From: Trichodesmium erythraeum IMS101
GTDB taxonomy: Bacteria; Cyanobacteriota; Cyanobacteriia; Cyanobacteriales; Microcoleaceae
DNA: 32,000 nt
Direction of reading: 5' to 3'
NCBI RefSeq assembly: GCF_000014265.1
Contig: NC_008312.1
Location: forward strand, 6,480,001-6,512,000
The position numbers and the translations under genes were made by a program. Every line of letters begins with the position of its first letter. Within the stretch, counting starts at the first letter, position 1. The notes under the pieces were generated by a model. It was given only the letters and a program-made list of their open reading frames with translations, ran no database searches and was not told the DNA's origin. This document shows positions 17,965 through 26,621 of this stretch, piece after piece.

Positions 17965-18839
17965 ATAAATAGAGGAGAAGCTCTTGAGGTACCAAAAAAA
18001 GAATGGATATAGTTCATAGAGGCTTTCAGCACGCTACGCACCATACCCGAGTCGTTGGGGGCAATTAAAAAAATAACAAAATGAGTATCTTTCAAATATA
18101 AAGACACCGCGGTAGTGCTAAACAAGTAATGATTGATTATAGTGATGAATAAAATACCAAATTGCACCCTAAAGATTTTCCACAGATCTAGAAAAAGACC
18201 AAGTTTTTCGCAAAAGCCTCGATACCCTTTGTCTAATGGTGTTATTGAATCGTTCAATGTAAGAGGTCTTTCCAGTTTCCTTTCCTACTGCTTGATGTCT
18301 TTTACTGGGTAGAACAGCACTGTAGGCAGCCCAAAAATCAGTGTATGCGAGCGCACATTGACGATAAACAGCGGGTACAGACAGCCACAAATGCCTGGCT
18401 GCTTCTTCATCCCGTGACCCAATATAGACACCAATAATTTCACGAGTCTCTACTTCCATGGCTAACCAGACCCACTGCTTATTACCTTTGTTGTCTACGA
18501 ATGACCATAATTCATCACATTGAATTGTGAGCTTACCTTTTTTTTTGGCTGAACCTAAGCGCGAGCTTGGTACTTGTGCATATTTCTAGAGTACATAAGC
18601 CTGTAGCCATTGCTCTGAAACTTGGACTACACGAGGAATGCCGGCCAGTGAAATCCTCTCTAACAAAAGTCGATCAATCAGCTTTTGGGTAGGGTTTTCC
18701 ACAAATTGTCGTCCACATTCGCAGCACAAAAACCGCTGCTTACCGTTATGGATATGGCCATTTTTAACAGCTTTTGAAGATTCACATTTTGGACAGGTCG
18801 GCATAGATAGACAACACTAACTTTTACTCCTCTATTCAT
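17965..18839 (-). mobile_element. IS1-family insertion sequence (about 875 bp), inactivated
   Basis: The terminal inverted repeats ATAAATAGAGGAG (17965-77) and CTCCTCTATTCAT (18827-39) match at 12 of 13 positions. They enclose an IS1-type transposase frame. With these ends I see no target-site duplication. Confidence 0.75.
18118..18804 (-). pseudogene. IS1-family transposase, a single frame interrupted by two in-frame TAG codons
   Basis: InsA-like zinc finger MPTCPKCESSKAVKNGHIHNGKQRFLCCECGRQF. Then ...QAYVL*KYAQVP...CDELWSFV...YTDFWAAY...IERFNNTIRQR...VENL*GAIWYFIHHYNQSLLV*, all in one frame. The internal stops are at 18586-88 and 18169-71. Confidence 0.8.
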
Positions 18840-18998
18840 AAATATTGAGCACTACCCATGGATCGTCAATTGCATAAGCTTTGGAGCTAGCTTCGGTTTT
18901 TCACCCATATATCACTGACCGCAGTTTGTAACTTATCTAGGACCCATGCCACAACATCCCTCTTCACTCAAGCTACTTATTCATATAGTTTTCACTCA

Positions 18999-19087
18999 TT
19001 ACTCATACTGTTATAATATCCCTTAGTATTGTGTAAGTTTAAATAAGTAAAGTTAATTTCTATTTAACTGTCAAGTCCCCTTTCAAT
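18999..19087. repeat. Right copy of the roughly 90-bp imperfect direct repeat
   Basis: TTACTCATACTGTTATAATAT...ATTGTGTAAGTTTAAATAAGTAAAGTTAATTTCTATTTAACTGTCAAGTCCC, in the same orientation as 15195-15283. Like the left copy, it lies just 3' of a minus-strand gene end. Confidence 0.65.
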
Positions 19088-19150
19088 AGAGCTAATATTC
19101 TAAACCAGAATTAGTATTACTATCTTTGCTATAATTTATGATCAGCAATA

Positions 19151-19837
19151 CTAATATTTACAAATTAAATTTTTGCTGCGTAAAAGTTTTTCTGTTATAG
19201 TTGCTAGCCTCTGCAAACTACCCGCTAATTCATCAGCACGTTCTTGATGTTTTCGCTTTCGCATTAAAGCAGCACAAGCTAAATCTTCCCGTTCTTTTCT
19301 GAGAGCTGCAACTGCAACATTTTGCCAGTCATATACTTCCTGTAAATTCTGTTTATATTCAGATTGAATATTTTCCCAAGCCACTTTAATATCTGCCAAA
19401 GCTTGACTTACCAATTTGTCAGTATTGACCTGAGTTTTTCCCCCGAAAATTGCTTCCTTAACTTGTTCAGATATTTGCTCAATATCAATATAATTCAGTA
19501 GAGGAATAAAGTTTTTTATTTGTTGACTATCACTAACTCCAGTAATACACCAACTTGCAAAGTGTTCACAATTATTAAAAATAATATTATATTTTCTTTC
19601 TCCTAATCTATTTTCTGCTCTTTGAATAACTGTATCAGCAATATAACGAAGTGGGTAACGTTTAACATAAACTTTTCTCCCATCAGTAAAATAAGCTTTA
19701 GAAGTTCGTTCAATAGTTTCTGTTCCTTTGCGATAATGAATAACTGTTCCATCGCCATAGTCAATGCCATGATGTTCGTAAACACCGTCTATATTTAGAA
19801 ACTCTCTAATAGTATATATTTGTTCTCCTCGTGCCAT
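19151..19837 (-). CDS. LRAT/NlpC-P60 superfamily (NC-domain) protein with a PspA/IM30-like coiled-coil C-terminal region
   Basis: 228 aa. His motif YEHHGIDYGDGTVIHY and catalytic Cys motif FNNCEHFASWC. The C-terminal DWQNVAVAALRKEREDLACAALMRKRKHQERADEL resembles the PspA/Vipp1 W..RA..AL..G.E.LAR.AL.RKK helix-turn region. Confidence 0.8.
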   Translation of the reverse strand: MARGEQIYTIREFLNIDGVYEHHGIDYGDGTVIHYRKGTETIERTSKAYFTDGRKVYVKRYPLRYIADTVIQRAENRLGERKYNIIFNNCEHFASWCITGVSDSQQIKNFIPLLNYIDIEQISEQVKEAIFGGKTQVNTDKLVSQALADIKVAWENIQSEYKQNLQEVYDWQNVAVAALRKEREDLACAALMRKRKHQERADELAGSLQRLATITEKLLRSKNLICKY

Positions 19838-20363
19838 ATTATTTTCCTAAATTTATCTCATTACACTTTAATCTAAAAATAAACAATAGATGTAGATTCT
19901 TATTATTAGCACTATTTTTAGATCAATTTAGTGGGACTTACACAAATTTTAAAACCCAATATAACCTAAGCTCTTTTTATTAAGAGGAAAACACATAAGT
20001 ATTGTTAGTCAAAAAACAAAAAAAACAGAAATAAATAGCTTTTAAAGTACTTTTTCTGCATCAGTAAAAGCACTCAAATTTGATTTCCCCATTGCCTTTG
20101 TGGTCCTCCCCATTCGCTTATGCTAAATGATAAAATTATAAAGACCTACATACCAAGATAAAAGTTCCAGGTTCCATTTTTCTATATCCTTGATATTCCT
20201 ATAATTGCAACCCCGTACTTTGACACTTTAATTTGAGAGCAAAAACTTAAGTGGCTATACACGATTAACTAGCATTATTTATTCTCTGTAATTTTTATAC
20301 ATATAGACTCTTGAACACAAGTAAGTATGTGTAATTATTTTGCACAACTACTTACAATATTAT

Positions 20364-21155
20364 TTATTTTTCCAACTTCAAACCTTTTGAAAAAACTTTG
20401 AGAAAAACTAAAACTACTAGTCCTAAAGCTAATATTCCAGCGCTAATAGTAATAATCAGAATATTTAAATGACGAACTGCAATTGCTGTCAATGCCCAAA
20501 CAAATACTAAAGTATAAGCAACATCTTGTTTTTGAATATTAATAATTGCTGCAATAACAGTTCCAATTATCAACATAATTATTGTCCAAACAATAGCAAC
20601 TTGCTCTGAACTATTCCAGGATAAGTTATCTATAACACAGGCTACATTTACAATTGTTGCCACACTAATCCAAGCAAAATATATACTGATAGGATAATGT
20701 ACAAACCATTTATCTTTTTTGGAGACTCTTTCATAACTAATTCCTAAATTTAGATATAGGCAAATCAAACAACCTAAAATACCTAACATTGCTAAGACTG
20801 AAAAAACAAATAGTTGATATTGAAATAAAAATATCCAAACAACTTGTGCCAAACTCGCACCTACTAAAAAATATTGACATCTGCGTAAAATTTGATTATC
20901 TCGTTGTGCTGGCAAGAGTTGATAAATTCCGAAGCTAATTAAACCTAAATAAATTAATCCCCAAATAGCAAAAGCATAACTGGCAGGGGTAATCAAAACA
21001 TCCTTAAATATAGTATTAGAAATTTCTCCTATTGTTAGACCATTTGGAGGATAAATATTTACATAAATATTCAGAAAAAAAGTACCTAAAATAGCAATTA
21101 AATTCGCCCATTGTCGACTCATATCTGAGTTGAATTTACTTGTATTATTTGCCAT
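20364..21155 (-). CDS. Multi-pass membrane protein of the long TspO/MBR-related (tryptophan-rich sensory protein-like) type
   Basis: 263 aa with about 7 hydrophobic segments. The N-terminal motif PPNGLTIGEISNTIFKDVLITPASYAFAIWGLIYLGL matches the pattern I recall for the roughly 270-aa TspO-like proteins. Confidence 0.6.
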   Translation of the reverse strand: MANNTSKFNSDMSRQWANLIAILGTFFLNIYVNIYPPNGLTIGEISNTIFKDVLITPASYAFAIWGLIYLGLISFGIYQLLPAQRDNQILRRCQYFLVGASLAQVVWIFLFQYQLFVFSVLAMLGILGCLICLYLNLGISYERVSKKDKWFVHYPISIYFAWISVATIVNVACVIDNLSWNSSEQVAIVWTIIMLIIGTVIAAIINIQKQDVAYTLVFVWALTAIAVRHLNILIITISAGILALGLVVLVFLKVFSKGLKLEK

Positions 21156-21488
21156 AATAATTTTTGCTTTTGTGAATAAATATTGTGTTTATAAATATTG
21201 TTAAGTTACAGCATTTTTATTGATTAGTAAAACATAGTAGAAAATTACCATCAGATATCCCTACAGGATTATGTTTTTGACTGTGTTTCTCCCTCATCCT
21301 CAAAGTAATATAAAGAACTATTATTTTGGGAATTATAGGACAATAACCAATATCAATTCACTTTAAAGATATTGCCAATAATTTCCAACCATTTGATGTA
21401 AAATAATTGCTTGAAATTACTGTAACCTCAAAATTTTAAGCCGAGAAAGACTACAAGCTCGCTAATTGCTAAATAGTTACACAGAAAA

Positions 21489-21863
21489 TCAATCTTGAAT
21501 TACTTCCAGTCCACAAGCTTCTGCAAGTTGTTGTGCTATACTTTTATATTTTCGAGGTGGAGTCCGAGTATCAATATCTAAATTAAAACCCTCTACGACA
21601 CGCTGAACTAATTTTGAACGCCATATAGCTTCTATTTCATAATCTGAACTAAGACTACCTTCAGATAAAGCTGCCATTAATTTATCTAATATTTGATATT
21701 GCCCTATTAAAATTGCCGCTTTAGTAACATCAGTAGAATCAGTATCCAGAGCATCCAATTGCCTACTAACTCGGTTCCATTCAGTATCAATTATTTTTGT
21801 TAAAACTGTCACTAGTTTAGCATCACGTTGCTGTTTCAATATTTGAAATTCCCTATTAGTCAT
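21489..21863 (-). CDS. Hypothetical protein (124 aa)
   Basis: Clean ATG ORF with ordinary composition and no overlap with other genes. I recognise no family. Confidence 0.55.
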   Translation of the reverse strand: MTNREFQILKQQRDAKLVTVLTKIIDTEWNRVSRQLDALDTDSTDVTKAAILIGQYQILDKLMAALSEGSLSSDYEIEAIWRSKLVQRVVEGFNLDIDTRTPPRKYKSIAQQLAEACGLEVIQD

Positions 21864-22710
21864 TATTATTAACTCCTAAAATAAGTACCATGACAAAATT
21901 ATTTATCTATATCCAATTCTTTCGCATTTTTAGAAAGTAAAGAATTCAGCTTTTATAGATATGTAATTAATTTTGTATACTTACTGATATTGTTGACATT
22001 ATTTTGACTTATATGATTTTAATATATCCTATTTATATAGTTTTTACCATGAATATAATCTTAAATTTTTAATAATTCAGTTACTATATGGCCTATTTAT
22101 TTTGATTTTAGATAGCAGTTAATCAAAAGACTTCTGGCAGAAATTGGAAAAGATAAAAAAAAATAAAAATGGACGAAAACAGATATATTTTTTTCATTTT
22201 TGCAAAAGTTATAATGTAACCACTCAGAACTTTAGCTGTCAGCGCGAGCCCTTTCCCTAGCTTATGCTGCGTCAAAAGATGAAGTTGAGCTGATCATCTT
22301 TTTCGTATCGGACTTTTACAGGAGTTTTGGAACTGGTAAAGTACCAAATTTTACAAGTTTAGGGAATAAAAATTAGTATTAAACTGTACTTTAATATCCT
22401 CAAAAATGTTGTAATTATTCTTGGAGCCAATTCCTCCTTCTACCTGAATGCTAAATGCTAAATGGTTACTTTTCATTGTTACTTAGTCATTGTTCCTTGG
22501 GTTGCCTTGACTGCTAGATTTTAAAGAGGAAGTGGAATATTTATTAATACTACTTTACCAGAAGAAAATCCTGCTTTTTTAAATTCTGTAGAAGTTACTC
22601 TTAGTAAAGAAAAATGCGAAAGCAAATTTTCTTAAGTTGTTATTATAATGACTGATTAACCTGAATATGATAATCTATCTAAAATAAAATTCTGTTAAAG
22701 GAATCTGATC

Positions 22711-23811
22711 ATGACAAAATTACGAGTAGGTTTATTATTCGGTGGTTGCTCTGGCGAACATGAAGTATCTATTCGCTCTGCCAAAGTGATCGCTACTGCT
22801 TTAACTAAGGTTCAAAATAAAGAGAAATATGAACTAATACCAATTTACATTCAAAAAAATGGTCTTTGGCAACCAAGTGATTTTTCTCAAAAAGTACTAA
22901 ACTCTGATCACCCATCATTGTTACAATTGACAAATGAAAATAATCATGACTTAAATACATCCTTAACTCAACAAAGCTCTTCTCCTCTCTGGCAAATTCC
23001 TCCTCAAGCAGCACAGGTAGATGTTTGGTTTCCCATTCTTCATGGTCCGAATGGGGAAGATGGCACCATACAAGGTTTACTAAAGTTAATGCAGGTTCCT
23101 TTTGTGGGATCTGGTGTTTTGGGTTCAGCAATGGGCATGGATAAAATAGCGATGAAAATAGCTTTTGACCATGCAGGTTTACCTCAAGTAAAGTATCAGG
23201 TAGTAACACGATCGCAAATTTGGTCGAATTCTTGTGTATTTCCCAAATTGTGTGATGATATTGAAACAACTTTAGAATATCCTTGCTTTGTAAAACCTGC
23301 AAACCTAGGATCATCCGTAGGTATTGCCAAGGTGCGATCTCGTTCAGAATTAGAAACCGCCTTGGATAATGCTGCTAGTTATGACCGTCGAATTATCGTT
23401 GAAGCTGGTGTAGAAGCAAAAGAGTTAGAATGTGCGGTTTTGGGGAATGATATGCCAAAAGCTTCTATAGTTGGTGAGATTACTTATAATAGTGATTTTT
23501 ATGATTATGAAACTAAGTATACAGAGGGAAAAGCAGATTTACATATTCCGGCTCGGGTGAGTGAGGCGATCGCCACTAAAATCAAAGAAATGGCAACCCA
23601 GGCATTTTTAGCTGTGGATGCAGCAGGTTTAGCAAGAGTAGACTTTTTCTACGTGGAAAAAACCGGAGAAATTTTGATCAATGAAATTAACACAATGCCT
23701 GGTTTTACTTCATCCAGTATGTATCCTATGCTTTGGGAAGCAAGTGGAATTCCTTTTTCAGAGTTAGTAGATACTTTAATTCAGTTAGCTTTAGAAAGAC
23801 ATTCTAAGTAA
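22711..23811 (+). CDS. ddl: D-alanine--D-alanine ligase
   Basis: 366 aa. Motifs [28 protein letters not shown] and [15 protein letters not shown]. Confidence 0.92.
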   Translation: MTKLRVGLLFGGCSGEHEVSIRSAKVIATALTKVQNKEKYELIPIYIQKNGLWQPSDFSQKVLNSDHPSLLQLTNENNHDLNTSLTQQSSSPLWQIPPQAAQVDVWFPILHGPNGEDGTIQGLLKLMQVPFVGSGVLGSAMGMDKIAMKIAFDHAGLPQVKYQVVTRSQIWSNSCVFPKLCDDIETTLEYPCFVKPANLGSSVGIAKVRSRSELETALDNAASYDRRIIVEAGVEAKELECAVLGNDMPKASIVGEITYNSDFYDYETKYTEGKADLHIPARVSEAIATKIKEMATQAFLAVDAAGLARVDFFYVEKTGEILINEINTMPGFTSSSMYPMLWEASGIPFSELVDTLIQLALERHSK

Positions 23812-24894
23812 CTAAAAATTTTCGGCAGTGCAGAGCACAATACGTTGTGGGATAAGTAATTAAGTCGTTATAGCTTTTTTGGGGCTACTGCTAATTCCGC
23901 CCTTTGTGCTGCTGTACTCTCATCCTTACCTCTAAACATTATTTCGTTTCATAATTCACTTCAATAGACATCTATAAAAATTGCCAACGCTTTTTTGTTA
24001 CTTTACTTTAGCTTCTTGATAATCATCAATAATTTTTAGCATCTTGTACACCATTATCAGTATTTGAGGTATTTCTTATTAAGAATTCAATGTATTCTTG
24101 CATCTTTATTTTATTTTTTTTGATTCAATTAATGAAAAATTTACTCATATAAACATTTCTATTATCAATCTAACTCAGTAACATATTGTTAAAATCAATT
24201 TTTGATAATTACTATATTGTAATTAGAACCTTTATCCTACCACTAAAAAAAATATCAACCTAATAACATATACAACAAATATTCTTTTTTTTTAGTTTTT
24301 TACTTGTTTTCTTATTTTCTTATTTGATTTTTGGTAGTAGTTATTGTTTTATATTTTTTTTTCGTTATTGTATCTGTCTCTGCTCCTTAATCTCCTTTAC
24401 CTCCCTAAAATTTTTGTTATTTATCAAGATATATTCCATCTAAAAGGTCAGAAAATACTTGCTCCAAGATAAGCATCATTGGTACTCACTACCTCCTACT
24501 CCATGAAATTAGCTGTATCTCCTATAATTTACCTAAAATAACTATAAAAAGGTTGTTAAATATTACGGTACTTTTTAATGACCTTGAGGTGGAGATATTC
24601 AGGACCATAAAATAGGAGTTATACTATCTACTACTATTCGCTCCATATAAATTATTTTCCGATCCGATACTGTATATTTCTGGATAGTTTAGTATGCGCG
24701 ATCGCAAGGTAGATAGTAGAAATTAATTTCAAGCCTTTGCAATTACTAAGCTCAAATTTAGTTTCCGGAAATACTAATAAATATAAATATTTATACCAAT
24801 CTTTTCTTGATCAGTTTCAAGCCAAACTTTTATACAAATTTAATTATTTATAATATATCTATTATCTTAATGCTTCAAGGAACATGATAAAATA

Positions 24895-25806
24895 TCAATT
24901 ATTTCTTTTTCTTAAAATATTCCAATCTGTTCTCATCAAAAAATCCCAATCTCGTAGTGCCACTCGCGACCATAACCAATTTTGCCGCAGTTGAGGAATA
25001 TGATATTCTCTGGCAGCTTCATTCATTACCTTTGTCCGATATTGAAGCGCTCTCAACCAGCGTTCTCTCTGCTCATCTCCTTGAGAAGTCAGAGCAGATT
25101 TCATCATGACTAATCCAATACCTGCATAAGCATTAAGAGCATGTTTTTGTTCAACTTCTGGAGTAGTAATATCTTCAGTCGACATGTTCTGCAATGTTTC
25201 TGGTAAAGTTTCTCCTGATAATTCTAATACTTTGAACCAAGCATCATAAGCTTTTTTCAATTCCCCTTTCGTATAATAAGCAAAACCTATAGCATTTTGA
25301 TATAGAACATAATCAGGACTTTCAGAAATTGCTTTTTCCCAGAAATATAAAGCTTCATCTACAGAATAATTTCTATTTCCATCTTGGGCTAACTCCCAAA
25401 CCAATCGACCATATAAAAAATTGATGTCAGGATCAATCTGATTGTTATTCTTAGGTGCATTTCTGACAATATTAAGAGCTTCTTTTGCCTCTAAAAAAGC
25501 GCCTCTATTTAGCAGAGATTCAATAGCTTTTTTGCCAACTTTAATATCATTTTTTTTAAACTGTTCAATAGCTAATTGTTTTTCTGCTTCTACAGTATTT
25601 GGACTATAATTAATAGGTTTTTCTTTATTATATCGTTCAAGGTTAATTGGGTCGGGAGTCAAAGGTATAGTTTCTGAAAAATTTAATGGTCGATTTTGAA
25701 ACAACCAAACACCACCTAAAGTTAACAAAACAGCAATTAGGTGTGAGAGTATTCTCCCAGGAACTGAGTTAAAAAAATTGATAATATTTTCATGTTTTTG
25801 TGTCAT
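24895..25806 (-). CDS. Single-pass membrane protein with a TPR-like domain, paralogous to the C-terminal third of the adjacent CHAT protein
   Basis: 303 aa. TM helix ILSHLIAVLLTLGGVWLF. Shared strings with the 26622-29042 product include INFL.GRL.WEL.QD, YQNA.GFAYYTKG...KAY.AW.KVL.LSGE, LNAYAG.GLV and QL..NWLWS.....DWD. Confidence 0.75.
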   Translation of the reverse strand: MTQKHENIINFFNSVPGRILSHLIAVLLTLGGVWLFQNRPLNFSETIPLTPDPINLERYNKEKPINYSPNTVEAEKQLAIEQFKKNDIKVGKKAIESLLNRGAFLEAKEALNIVRNAPKNNNQIDPDINFLYGRLVWELAQDGNRNYSVDEALYFWEKAISESPDYVLYQNAIGFAYYTKGELKKAYDAWFKVLELSGETLPETLQNMSTEDITTPEVEQKHALNAYAGIGLVMMKSALTSQGDEQRERWLRALQYRTKVMNEAAREYHIPQLRQNWLWSRVALRDWDFLMRTDWNILRKRNN

Positions 25807-26621
25807 GGTGATATTTTATATAATTAGATGAGTCATTTGAAAAATAAACTTTCAATATATCTAACCATTACTACTTTAATTAGGTAAGCTATTCAAAATT
25901 TTTCTTATATTAAACTAGTTTATTAACATCATATTCGGTTGAATACTTATACCAAGCGTGATAGATATTTGCTACTTTGAATACTAAAACTACTACACAT
26001 CTTCCCTTAACTGTAAAAATGGAACCAATTCAATATACAAAGAGAAAAATACTTTGAATTCAATCAGCTTCAAACAGCCGAACAAACTCAAAATATAATT
26101 CGCCTTATGTATACCTTAGTAAATGTAATGGTAATCTTCTAGGGAAAAGGAAATAATTACTGAATAATTTAAGTCTCATATCAACAAGTATAGCATTATT
26201 TTTTTACCCTTGGCATTACAATTTGGAGAAAGGAAAAGAAAACGTTTTTTTATATATAGATAATATCAAATCTGGTAGTATTTAGCACCAAAAAGTATAT
26301 AATTTCAGGAAAAGTATTAAATGCCCTACTATACTAAAATTTACCTCAGATAAACCCGGTTTCTTATAATACTTCAAAGCCAACTAATTTGATATTACAG
26401 TAGATTCCAAGTATGTGAAGTACAAATATTAACATTAAAACCTCACCAGTGCAGGATTTTCTTCCCTATTAGTCCGCCGAGTGTGAAATGAAATTTTCAT
26501 TAGTTTATAAATTATAACAACCACCAGGGCGCTTAGTATATTTTCACCCCCATGCTGCGAATTTAACTGAACTACTTCAGACTTCAGCTATAAACTGTCA
26601 CTGGCTCTAACATTACTATTA

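Noticed and set aside
17958-18257. 99-aa minus-strand ORF spanning the IS1 left end
   Set aside because: It is out of frame with the IS1 transposase, whose true C-terminus (GAIWYFIHHYN...) lies in another frame. It also crosses the IS terminal repeat into the PIN-like stop codon. I consider it spurious.
18169-18588. Reading the two in-frame TAG codons in the IS1 transposase as programmed recoding or suppression
   Set aside because: Two nonsense mutations in a decaying IS are far more parsimonious. Both being TAG has about a 1 in 9 chance expectation, and the neighbourhood holds other decayed genes.
23812-24894. T-rich low-complexity tract (about 24290-24370), considered as a possible repeat array or CRISPR remnant
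   Set aside because: There is no periodic direct repeat with unique spacers, only homopolymer-rich AT sequence. No cas genes are present in the window.
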